This document shows, one piece after another, positions 27,364 through 35,941 of a DNA stretch of 64,000 nucleotides (position 1 is its first letter; each line of letters begins with the position of its first letter). This DNA is from a virus. The notes below the pieces were generated by a model. That model worked only from the letters and a program-made list of their open reading frames with translations. It ran no database searches and had not been told where the DNA came from. Where the stretch lies: positions 1 to 64,000 of IMG/VR virus record IMGVR_UViG_3300021365_000005; one strand, given 5' to 3'. A program made the translations under genes and the position numbers.

Positions 27364-29466
27364 TTAGTCTTCGAAAGTTGCGCCAGTTGGCATGATGTTA
27401 AAGTCAACTACGATAAACTCTGCAGCTTTTGCAGGCTGTAAGAAAATCTCTCCTTTCATGATATTTCTATCGATTAGATCTGGAGTGTTGTTAGACTCAT
27501 CCATAACTACTTTAAATGCATATAGACCTTGGTTTTGTTGAACAGATTCCATATATGGATTAACTGAACCTAGGAATCTATTGCGAGTAGCTGCTGTGTT
27601 GTTCTCGAATACAAGGTATTTAGAAGTACTAGCTATGAATTTCTTAAGATTGATTAATAATCGACGTACATTCACACGATCAAGAGCAGAAGCTTTCTTT
27701 TGAAGAGTCTTTTGACCCCATACGCAAACGCCTTCTCCTGGGAATGTTGCTAGAGGATTAACATTGTCCTCGTATAAAGTGTCACGGTTTGCATGTGTTA
27801 GCTTACGCTCTGCTTGAACTACAGTTTCTAAACCACCTCGGTTAAGTCCTGCAGGAGCATACCATTCAGCAGCAACTTTATCATTAAAGGCATAAATACC
27901 AGGAATGAGAGTTGATGGTGGAACCCAGCAATATTTGCCATTTGCATTTGTTTGTACCCAAGGCCAATACATAGCTGCATAGCTTGTATCAAGGCCTGAA
28001 CCTTCAGTGGTAGCAGTTGAAATGTTTTGGGTAGCTAGTGTTGGATCTACTAAAGCAAAGCAATCTCCTCTTGTTTCACAAGCAGTAATTAACTGATCTG
28101 TTAGGGTTTTATGACCTGAAGTATTTAGACCTGGCATTGAAATTAAATTAATATCATACTCATCGGCATTACTTAATAAGCTTATAGCAGTTTGATATGA
28201 TGTTAGGCCTTTTGCAGCAACCGTTGGATCTAATCCTTGAACATTATTATTTGCGATATCTCCAAAAAATGCTGCTCCTGCTGTTTGACCATCCCCATCT
28301 GCTCCAGTTGAAAAAGATCCTGAAGATGCCTTAGGTAAATTCTTAAGATTTACAGATGCGGTGTTTCCATTTGCATCAAGGTAGTCTGGTATTTCATTAA
28401 CAGAAGATACGTAGACATATTTAGACTTATTTTGAAAGTTACCACGTGGCTGAAGGTATTTCTGAGTTCCATCCGTTGCTATTTCTTGGTATTGATCCCC
28501 GATCATTTTACTAATAAAGTTTGGCTGATTTGGATCAAGACTTAGGCCTGACCAAGTCTCTAAAATAGTTTTGCGTTTAGATGTATCATTACCTTGACGA
28601 ATCAATAGTGTAAATGTACCTTTTTTCTCGCTAACGTTTGAAATTTCATATCTTAAATTATCACTAGATCCATTTGTTAATATGTTATTAGTTGTTTCTG
28701 CACCAGTAGAGTTTTGTGTTGCACCGTCTGCAAATGTATTAAGAACAAATGGAGTTACTCCTGAAGCTGTTGAATTGGTACCTCCTGCAAGTGCGATTTT
28801 ACCAACAAAAGTTTCTGGGGTAGCCGCTGCTGATGCAGATACTTCCCAACCATTATATGCCGTTCCAGCTGCTGAACCAGAAAGCTCGAATTTCGATGAA
28901 AGTCCTATTGCTGTTAGATCTACTCGAGCGTTACTATTAACTGCAAGTGCTAAATTAGATGCTACTGTTGCAGCATCTGAACCACTTTGGAAGTAGTCAA
29001 TAGAAGCGTCTTCAGAGTCGCCTCCAGCAGAAGTACTTGAAATAAATGTTGTTACTTCACCTGAAGGGGACACGAACTTATATCTATCACCTAATGCAGG
29101 TGTTGCTACTGTGTAATGACCTACTGCGTAAGCAAGTCCAGTAATAGATCCTGATGGTGTAACTGATGCAGTTGCATTTGAATAACCATCTCCAAGAATT
29201 CTAACTACGGTTAAAGCACCTGAATGCTTTAGATATTCTCTTGCTGAGATTGAGGTTAAGTACTCTGCTGAAGTACTACCAGATATAAAGGTGTCTCCAA
29301 ATAGCTGAACGTATTCTGGATAGCTTGATACTTTTGTTGGTATTAAAGCAGGACCTTTGACTGTAGGACCTATAATGGCTCCACCAATTTCACCAATACC
29401 TTGTGGTACGAATGACAAATCATTTTCTTGCGTAAATACACCGGGGCTTATTATTTTTTCAGCCAT
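27364..29466 (-). CDS. Tail sheath protein (gp18-like)
   Basis: SPGVFTQE.D, WYAPAGLNRG, VNPLATFPG.G..VWGQKTL, RVNVRRLL. Confidence 0.96.
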   Translation of the reverse strand: MAEKIISPGVFTQENDLSFVPQGIGEIGGAIIGPTVKGPALIPTKVSSYPEYVQLFGDTFISGSTSAEYLTSISAREYLKHSGALTVVRILGDGYSNATASVTPSGSITGLAYAVGHYTVATPALGDRYKFVSPSGEVTTFISSTSAGGDSEDASIDYFQSGSDAATVASNLALAVNSNARVDLTAIGLSSKFELSGSAAGTAYNGWEVSASAAATPETFVGKIALAGGTNSTASGVTPFVLNTFADGATQNSTGAETTNNILTNGSSDNLRYEISNVSEKKGTFTLLIRQGNDTSKRKTILETWSGLSLDPNQPNFISKMIGDQYQEIATDGTQKYLQPRGNFQNKSKYVYVSSVNEIPDYLDANGNTASVNLKNLPKASSGSFSTGADGDGQTAGAAFFGDIANNNVQGLDPTVAAKGLTSYQTAISLLSNADEYDINLISMPGLNTSGHKTLTDQLITACETRGDCFALVDPTLATQNISTATTEGSGLDTSYAAMYWPWVQTNANGKYCWVPPSTLIPGIYAFNDKVAAEWYAPAGLNRGGLETVVQAERKLTHANRDTLYEDNVNPLATFPGEGVCVWGQKTLQKKASALDRVNVRRLLINLKKFIASTSKYLVFENNTAATRNRFLGSVNPYMESVQQNQGLYAFKVVMDESNNTPDLIDRNIMKGEIFLQPAKAAEFIVVDFNIMPTGATFED

Positions 29467-29503
29467 TTATTTGTCTCCTAATAGATTGTATTATTATTCA
29501 ATA

Positions 29504-29513
29504 TATAAATATA
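29504..29513 (-). promoter_or_regulatory. Late-type motif TATATTTATA
   Basis: Recurrent intergenic motif. Confidence 0.6.
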
Positions 29514-29535
29514 TTTCTAGAAGGCCAAACATCAC

Positions 29536-29787
29536 CTATTTAGAAATAAAAACTCCTGTTTCTGGATCTAATGTGCCATCACCATACTTAGCCGTTATAT
29601 CTGATATAACTTTAGATTCATTAGCTTTTAATGAAACAAATTCTTTTTTAAGCTTTGTTTTTTCTAATTCTAAATTTTGCATTTCTAATTCTATTTGCCC
29701 GAATTTAAAAGTTAATTCTTCGAATGATGATTTTATAGATGAAACGGAAGTCATTTCTTCTGGTGTAAACTTGATTTCTTTTGACAT
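29536..29787 (-). CDS. Small coiled-coil protein
   Basis: Heptad pattern; C-terminal KYGDGTLDPETGVF. Confidence 0.7.
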   Translation of the reverse strand: MSKEIKFTPEEMTSVSSIKSSFEELTFKFGQIELEMQNLELEKTKLKKEFVSLKANESKVISDITAKYGDGTLDPETGVFISK

Positions 29788-29798
29788 AATGTAAACTC

Positions 29799-30560
29799 TT
29801 ATTCTTTGTTTGGAATATCATCTAGAGAGCCCAAGGTTTCAGTTCCCATAACAATTTTTGCAGAAGAAAATGTTTTAGGGTCGAAATTACTTAGGGATTT
29901 TTGGATATTGTTTGGTATAACGTAGCCATTCATTTCTATTGTGAATGTAGCCTTTGAAGCACGGTCTTCTCCTATTTCAGAGGTTAAAGATGTTGCAAAT
30001 GTAGATATTTTAGAAAGAAATTTAAATCGTTCATTTCCCCAGTACTGATTGGCAGCATAGTTAATATCTTCAATGATTAAATTTAATTGTGATATATAGT
30101 CTGCCCAAATAATACAATCATAAGTTAGTTTAACATAGTCAGGAACTACAATATTTGTATATTCCCTAACTGGGGTTCTTTCATTTAGTACTGAAAAGTT
30201 GTCATATCTATTTTTAGAACTGTATGGTTTTTGATATGACTGAACAAGAGGGTTGTTAACGTCCACTTTTGTTCCTATCATGGAATTTTCCATAGAGGTT
30301 CTTTGGTATGCAATCGCAGGTAGTTGTATTTTACCTTTAGCGTCTCTTAAAAAGCCGCCTCTAGATATAGACTTCCATTTTTCAGGGGAAGCATATATAA
30401 TTGGCACAGGGGTTTTACCGTCGTGGCCTGCTACCGTGGGTTGGATTACATTATCAAAGTAGTATTTAATAACCGAATCTATATCATATAAACCTAGGGA
30501 AATGGCTTTTTTAGAGCCGGTCGTATCAATCTGTTTAGATCTATCTATCTCTTTTGCCAT
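29799..30560 (-). CDS. Tail completion / sheath stabilizer (gp15-like)
   Basis: VPIIYASPEKW, IQLPAI and VPDYVKLTY; follows the neck genes. Confidence 0.7.
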   Translation of the reverse strand: MAKEIDRSKQIDTTGSKKAISLGLYDIDSVIKYYFDNVIQPTVAGHDGKTPVPIIYASPEKWKSISRGGFLRDAKGKIQLPAIAYQRTSMENSMIGTKVDVNNPLVQSYQKPYSSKNRYDNFSVLNERTPVREYTNIVVPDYVKLTYDCIIWADYISQLNLIIEDINYAANQYWGNERFKFLSKISTFATSLTSEIGEDRASKATFTIEMNGYVIPNNIQKSLSNFDPKTFSSAKIVMGTETLGSLDDIPNKE

Positions 30561-31075
30561 TATATATTCCTAAGCTTATTATTGTATGCTCTGTGTATTT
30601 TTTCTATGTTGAGTCTAGTTGTTCTTGTTTGGTGAGTTTCACAAAGTACTGAAAAGTTCCCTCCATGCCCACCATCGCCTTTGTCGGTAGAAGGATTTTT
30701 ACCTGCTATGTATTGGCTTTCACTTTTTTTATCAATTTCCCAATAAGCATTGTCCCAACCAATAATATCCCCAATTTCAAGTTTTAGATTAGCTACATTT
30801 TTTAATTCCTCTCTAAGAAAGTTAAATCTTGCCGTCTTGTTAAAGTCTATGCCAAACTCATCAGATGAATATTCTTTAGAGTCAACTTCTACCATGCATG
30901 CAATTCTAACCCCTGGGAAGTACACTTTGTTTATGGCTTCACCATACAAGTCTTCTTTCATGTCTTTTAACGAAGATTTATAAATGTCAACAGATATACC
31001 AATTACCTCGTTTATAAGTTCCTTATTCATTAAGTTGAATAGTCTTACGTCTCTAAATGATCCAAATAATCCCAT
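30560..31075 (-). CDS. Neck protein (gp14-like)
   Basis: DLYGEA..K, EFGID, EIGDII.W...YWEI. Confidence 0.75.
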   Translation of the reverse strand: MGLFGSFRDVRLFNLMNKELINEVIGISVDIYKSSLKDMKEDLYGEAINKVYFPGVRIACMVEVDSKEYSSDEFGIDFNKTARFNFLREELKNVANLKLEIGDIIGWDNAYWEIDKKSESQYIAGKNPSTDKGDGGHGGNFSVLCETHQTRTTRLNIEKIHRAYNNKLRNI

Positions 31076-31076
31076 G

Positions 31077-32219
31077 TTAACCTAAGTAGATGTTTAATGG
31101 AATGTTTGTAATTGTTTCTCTAAGGAATTCTGCTTCGTCTTTTTTTGCTTCAAGCATATTTCTTCTAGATGATGCTTCTAAGTCTTCTCGTAAAGAAGCT
31201 ATTAGGGATTCTTTTTCTGAAGCTCCTTCGCTTCTCAAGGCATCGCCATCAACTGTGATTTCTCCTCCTGGAGTAGGTATAGAGCTATATTTACTTCTGA
31301 CAATTCCTAAAAGCTCTTTAGATAGCGCTAGTGCATACTTTCTAATCCACTGAACTCCGGGAGCATTAATAGTAGAATAATCTAAAGCCCTGTAATCTAT
31401 ATCAGCAAAATTAGATACTGTGCCAGCATCGCCTAAACTATCAGTATACTTATTGTCCTTTACATAATATTGAAACCACATTGTAAAGTCTGTTTTTGGT
31501 TCTGGGAATAGCCTTATTTTATTGTTTTGAAGTTCAAAACTATATGCAGACTTTCTAACTAAATCACTAAATTCTACTTGTTGTTGGCGTAGTAGGATGT
31601 CATATATAGGTAGCATCATAAATGATACACCAGCACCTCTATTTTGTAAGCCAAATTCACTAACTGCCATAGCACTATTATTTCCTAATGCATATTGATC
31701 TGTGTGGCGTATTGACGCTGGAGTTCTATCGTGAAAAATCTTTCTTACTTCTAATCTTTTACCACTTTCGCTAACTGCTCCCCATAATGCCTGCAGATCA
31801 TAAACCTGGGACCCAGATACTACTGAAATAGAGCCTTGCTTTAGATCTGTCTTACCCCCAGTCAAGGTTTCTGTTCCATAATGTTCAGTTAGACTTATTA
31901 AACCATTTAGCCCGTCTGCCGATCCTGTTGTTAGATTTGTTTTGGGTTGAGATGTTGCATCTAAAAGGTTTTGTCTAATTTGATATCTTTGGATCTGAGC
32001 ACCATATTCTGTTACAGCTTCTTCAAAACATGCAAAAAAATGAACATCTTGAAGTTCGATATCCACTATAGGATAGCCAAGTCTTTTAGCACACCATAAA
32101 GCTGTATTTTCTACATCAGAGTTATATGTGCCTTGGTTATCATATGTCCCAAATGGGGTTTGTCCGAAACCGGCATTGAATGTCGCGGTGCCAGCAAATA
32201 AGTTAGTTGTTTCAGCCAT
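31077..32219 (-). CDS. Neck protein (gp13-like)
   Basis: RLGYPIVDIEL, WIRKYALALSKELLG.VRSKY. Confidence 0.85.
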   Translation of the reverse strand: MAETTNLFAGTATFNAGFGQTPFGTYDNQGTYNSDVENTALWCAKRLGYPIVDIELQDVHFFACFEEAVTEYGAQIQRYQIRQNLLDATSQPKTNLTTGSADGLNGLISLTEHYGTETLTGGKTDLKQGSISVVSGSQVYDLQALWGAVSESGKRLEVRKIFHDRTPASIRHTDQYALGNNSAMAVSEFGLQNRGAGVSFMMLPIYDILLRQQQVEFSDLVRKSAYSFELQNNKIRLFPEPKTDFTMWFQYYVKDNKYTDSLGDAGTVSNFADIDYRALDYSTINAPGVQWIRKYALALSKELLGIVRSKYSSIPTPGGEITVDGDALRSEGASEKESLIASLREDLEASSRRNMLEAKKDEAEFLRETITNIPLNIYLG

Positions 32220-32235
32220 GGGGTTCTCCTGTACT

Positions 32236-32245
32236 TATAAATATC
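32236..32245 (-). promoter_or_regulatory. Late-type motif GATATTTATA
   Basis: Recurrent intergenic motif; AGGAG SD follows. Confidence 0.65.
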
Positions 32246-32258
32246 AACTCGTTTGCGT

Positions 32259-32465
32259 TTATGGTCCAGTGGAAATTCTAATAACCCCTTGATATGCATT
32301 ACTAACCCCTTGGGTGTCTACCCATAAAGCTCCTAACTCTCCTGGATCTGAGATGGGTAGATCCTTAAAATTAATCTTTCCGGTTATAGTAAGAAACTCT
32401 GAAATGTGTAGAGTCTTAATATCTGCAGCATTGCCGCTATGAATTATTTTTTTCCAAGTACTCAT
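32259..32465 (-). CDS. Small WKK-SG family structural protein
   Basis: MSTWKKIIHSG...LPISDP...GALWVD. Confidence 0.7.
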   Translation of the reverse strand: MSTWKKIIHSGNAADIKTLHISEFLTITGKINFKDLPISDPGELGALWVDTQGVSNAYQGVIRISTGP

Positions 32466-32468
32466 AGC

Positions 32469-33260
32469 TTACATAGTATATCCAAAAGGATTATTAGGAC
32501 TAGCATCAGTCCCGACATTTAGGAAAGTAGATCCTCCCCATATGCCTCCGGTTGTTTGAGTAAAATAGAGATATACGAATATATCAAAGTAGGTATAAGG
32601 AAAAGTGCTGGCGTTGTATACCGGAGGATTTGAATTCTCTATGTAGGAGTATACTGCTGTGAGATCCCCTAAAAGCCAGAACTCAGAGTGAAACTGATGC
32701 ATTGGTCCAAATTCCCCATAACGAGCAGCTACAGACTCCGGAGTAACGTATGTGCCAGCATCATTCGCCCAGTCATAAACTGGGTCTGTGAAATCTATAG
32801 GAGGTCTGTTGTCGTCGTCAAGCGATAAGAACTCTCCATATTCTACAAGGAAACCAAGTAAATCGGCAGAACCAATCTCACCATCGCCGTTGAAATCGAA
32901 ATTAGGGGTATAACCAGATTCCCCATCAGCAGTACCATATGCTATAAGGAAGCCAAGTAAGTCGGCAGCTCCAATTCCCCCATCTCCGTTGAAGTCAAAA
33001 GCGTAGGCTTGCCATGGAATATAATAGGGAGATATTGTCACAGGATCGTTGGAAATTCTCACCATTACATGTTGGTCAGCAGACGACTTCATTAAACTCC
33101 CTATAGGCAGGTCGAAGTCTGAAGTTGGTAGACCGTTGAATTGAACGGAAGAACCTTCTATCTGAAGAGATGCAGTGTCTGAACTTGAAGGACCTGATAC
33201 TATGACCGAAGCCGCTTCAGTGCTGCTGCCACTTATCATTAATTGTTTCCAGGTTGCCAT
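32469..33260 (-). CDS. WKK-SG family protein with a dockerin-like Ca-binding repeat pair
   Basis: MATWKQLMISGS; DFNGDGGIGAADLLGFLIAYG and DFNGDGEIGSADLLGFLVEYG. Confidence 0.75.
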   Translation of the reverse strand: MATWKQLMISGSSTEAASVIVSGPSSSDTASLQIEGSSVQFNGLPTSDFDLPIGSLMKSSADQHVMVRISNDPVTISPYYIPWQAYAFDFNGDGGIGAADLLGFLIAYGTADGESGYTPNFDFNGDGEIGSADLLGFLVEYGEFLSLDDDNRPPIDFTDPVYDWANDAGTYVTPESVAARYGEFGPMHQFHSEFWLLGDLTAVYSYIENSNPPVYNASTFPYTYFDIFVYLYFTQTTGGIWGGSTFLNVGTDASPNNPFGYTM

Positions 33261-33263
33261 AGA

Positions 33264-33452
33264 TTAACTAGTTACTTTTAAAAATGACCCCGAGTTCCAT
33301 AGGTACCCAGATCCTACAGGGGGTGAAGTCGGAAGATTTTTCATTATTATTAAGGACCCAGTAACTTCTAAAATACCACCCGGGGTTACTGTTAAAGCGT
33401 TTAGTTCTGCAACACTACCACTAACTATTACTTTTTTCCAATCCGATGGCAT
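33264..33452 (-). CDS. Small WKK-SG family structural protein
   Basis: MPSDWKKVIVSGS...LPTSPP...GYLWNSG. Confidence 0.7.
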   Translation of the reverse strand: MPSDWKKVIVSGSVAELNALTVTPGGILEVTGSLIIMKNLPTSPPVGSGYLWNSGSFLKVTS

Positions 33453-33455
33453 TTA

Positions 33456-33608
33456 TTACTTTTCCGGTTTTACTTTTACTTTTTCAGGCTTTTGATGTAT
33501 AGTTGCAACCTTATTTAATAGCGCTGCTACTACATGAGAATCTCCTCCTCGAATTTGGAGCTCTGACAATGCTTTGTGTATTAATGCTAATTCTTCTTTT
33601 TCAAACAT
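33456..33608 (-). CDS. Small helical protein (50 aa), not in the ORF track
   Basis: MFEKEELALIHKALSELQIRGGDSHVVAALLNKV...; AAGGA SD; resembles 33670..33837. Confidence 0.7.
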   Translation of the reverse strand: MFEKEELALIHKALSELQIRGGDSHVVAALLNKVATIHQKPEKVKVKPEK

Positions 33609-33637
33609 AACTATTCCTTTATTTAATTAATATCTAG

Positions 33638-33687
33638 CTAATATATGACAAAAAGTTTACAATAAAAAATTATTGGGTGATTATTTT
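33638..33687 (-). promoter_or_regulatory. Class A promoter inside the structural module
   Basis: AAAATAATC...ATAATTTTTTAT...CATATATTAG with conserved spacing. Confidence 0.65.
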
Positions 33688-33837
33688 TTGCAATTTTACT
33701 GCTGTTTGGTAAACTAGCTGAACATCTTTGCCATCAAATTTAGAGTCTGCTACTAGTTTTAATAGGAATTCTAATTCTTCTTTTGATAAAGTTGTTGAAA
33801 TTTTTTCTTTCTTTTTGTCTTTGGATAATATTCCCAT
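33670..33837 (-). CDS. Small helical protein (55 aa), not in the ORF track
   Basis: MGILSKDKKKEKISTTLSKEELEFLLKLVADSKFDGKDVQLVYQTAVKLQKIITQ. Confidence 0.7.
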   Translation of the reverse strand: MGILSKDKKKEKISTTLSKEELEFLLKLVADSKFDGKDVQLVYQTAVKLQKIITQ

Positions 33838-33858
33838 AGGTTATAACTCTTATTTTAT

Positions 33859-35913
33859 TTATACGTGGAAGTAAATTTCTCCAGCGCTATCAACTCTCAT
33901 GTTTCCATCTACATTTGCTTTTACTGATTCTGCACCATCGGCTGAGCCTGAAAATACCCCTACAAAGTGGACTTTGGTTGCTCCTAGGTTTGTGGTGAGT
34001 TCAGGTGAGCCGCCAGCATAACCCATACCAAAACGGCCTTTATTTCCTATTCCACTATCATACATTAAAGTGTTACTTTGTGTCGGGTCTTGACCAAAGG
34101 TTATACCAAAGTCAAAGGTGTTAAGCTCTGCTCCTTTTCCCATAAGAAAACAACTATCAGAAATTATTAAGTTTTCAGATTTAAATATAGTAACATTTTC
34201 TGCATCGGAAATATTTAGATTTCCTGGTATGGTGATAACGTCGTTTACACTAGTTCCAAAAGCCAAAGTATTACTTTCAAAAGGCCCTGCAAGTAATAGT
34301 GCTACGGAATCTTCTTCTGTTCCTTTTGAAAGTCCTCCATTGGCGAAACTTAAAAATTGGTCATCGGCTCCTACGGCAGAAGCTGTCCAGTCTGTGTTAT
34401 TGACATTAACCCCTCCGGCAATATCTTCGATAGTAATAGCAGGTGTGGTTGTTGCATTTGTAAGTGTTAGGAATAGCCCATCTATAGTTGAACCACCTTC
34501 TAATGGAGCTACTGACATTGATGTTACCGTACCTGTAGTAGCCGAATAGTTTGGTAGGCCTTCTACAACTTTAGTTTTTAATGCACCTAGAGAGTGTTCG
34601 TAAAGCAGACCAGAAGTGGTCGCATTTGGATAATGGTGCTCGTACATTAAAGTATCGTTAGTTGCAAAAGATTCTGAAGGGATATGCGTGTGGCGGGATA
34701 TTATACTACCGGTAAATCTAGAACCTGATATAGAGGTATTTGCATAAGCTGGGGCATTAAAGGACCCTGAAACGATCATAACAGAGATCACACCAGAATC
34801 TTTAATTTTTATACCATCGGCATCTAATCCTAGACCTGAAGTGCGTCCTGCATCTTCCCAAAGCTGTAGCGCCATTGTTGCAGGAGCTTGGAAATTAAAG
34901 TGTTGGAAGCCAGAGCCAGTGTTGAATCCCGTGGACATTGTTAATGCCCCGAAAGCAACCTGTGAAGCGGCTATACCCGTTAGGCCTGAACCAGTACCTG
35001 TGAATGATGCTGCTAGGAATCCTTGTGAAGCCGTAAAGTCTGTAGTGAAACTATGAGAAGCGGTAGCATGTGCTCCCATAACAACTGAACTAGTTGTCTG
35101 TGATGTCACAAACTCGTTAAAGTCCGTTCCGTTGTAGTAAAATGTTCCGTCGACACCTAGGTCCCCGAAATTACTAGAGCCGGAAGCAATCAACGTAGAA
35201 GCTGTTAAATATGATACCTGTAATCCTCCAAATGGTCCTGTATGAGTATGGTCCCCAGCATTTACAGCACCTACCTGAAAAGGGTTAGTAAGAGGATTGG
35301 TGGTCTGTATATCAATATGATTGCTTCCAATATCAATATTGAAATTACCATTAATACTACCAGCTTCGTTTGACCCTGCGTCATCAGAACCAAGAGCCCC
35401 CACCGAAGTCCATGCTTGAGCGTTGCTCGATGAAACATCTCCTTGTCTATTGGTTGCAGTTAAATCACTATATGCAATGTCACCAACACCGGTGCCATTT
35501 GTGAGCTCGGTGTTGGTATAGTTTGTTGAATGGATTACTTGGCCAGGAACATCGCTTCCCCATGCATAGTGAACTTCTGTGGTGTTGGTTGTTGTTGAAG
35601 ACCCACTATAGTGAGGAATACTGTCGTGATCTAGAGTGCCTTCATTAATACTCATAGTAAAGGCTGTGGCACCTTCTTCTTCTGTGCTTAAAGAAAGTCC
35701 TGTTGCAACATCGTACGTGGTGTTGATCCCGCCTAGATCTGATTGGGTGATAGGAAGGAAATTTCCAGCAGCGTCATGAACTAATACTTTATCTTCTATA
35801 GCCCCGCCGTTTGAAGCTAGAGGGGTTACTTGTAGTTCCCCTGTAGGAATTGTTAGTTGAGTTAACTCCGCGGAGCCTGATTCAACTATTACTTTTTTCC
35901 ATGTACTTGGCAT
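33859..35913 (-). CDS. Fibre-like virion protein, WKK-SG family
   Basis: MPSTWKKVIVESGS; Gly/Ser/Thr-rich; colinear paralog of 35942..37777. Confidence 0.75.
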   Translation of the reverse strand: MPSTWKKVIVESGSAELTQLTIPTGELQVTPLASNGGAIEDKVLVHDAAGNFLPITQSDLGGINTTYDVATGLSLSTEEEGATAFTMSINEGTLDHDSIPHYSGSSTTTNTTEVHYAWGSDVPGQVIHSTNYTNTELTNGTGVGDIAYSDLTATNRQGDVSSSNAQAWTSVGALGSDDAGSNEAGSINGNFNIDIGSNHIDIQTTNPLTNPFQVGAVNAGDHTHTGPFGGLQVSYLTASTLIASGSSNFGDLGVDGTFYYNGTDFNEFVTSQTTSSVVMGAHATASHSFTTDFTASQGFLAASFTGTGSGLTGIAASQVAFGALTMSTGFNTGSGFQHFNFQAPATMALQLWEDAGRTSGLGLDADGIKIKDSGVISVMIVSGSFNAPAYANTSISGSRFTGSIISRHTHIPSESFATNDTLMYEHHYPNATTSGLLYEHSLGALKTKVVEGLPNYSATTGTVTSMSVAPLEGGSTIDGLFLTLTNATTTPAITIEDIAGGVNVNNTDWTASAVGADDQFLSFANGGLSKGTEEDSVALLLAGPFESNTLAFGTSVNDVITIPGNLNISDAENVTIFKSENLIISDSCFLMGKGAELNTFDFGITFGQDPTQSNTLMYDSGIGNKGRFGMGYAGGSPELTTNLGATKVHFVGVFSGSADGAESVKANVDGNMRVDSAGEIYFHV

Positions 35914-35941
35914 TTATTTTCTCTCCATTACTGCTTTTGAT

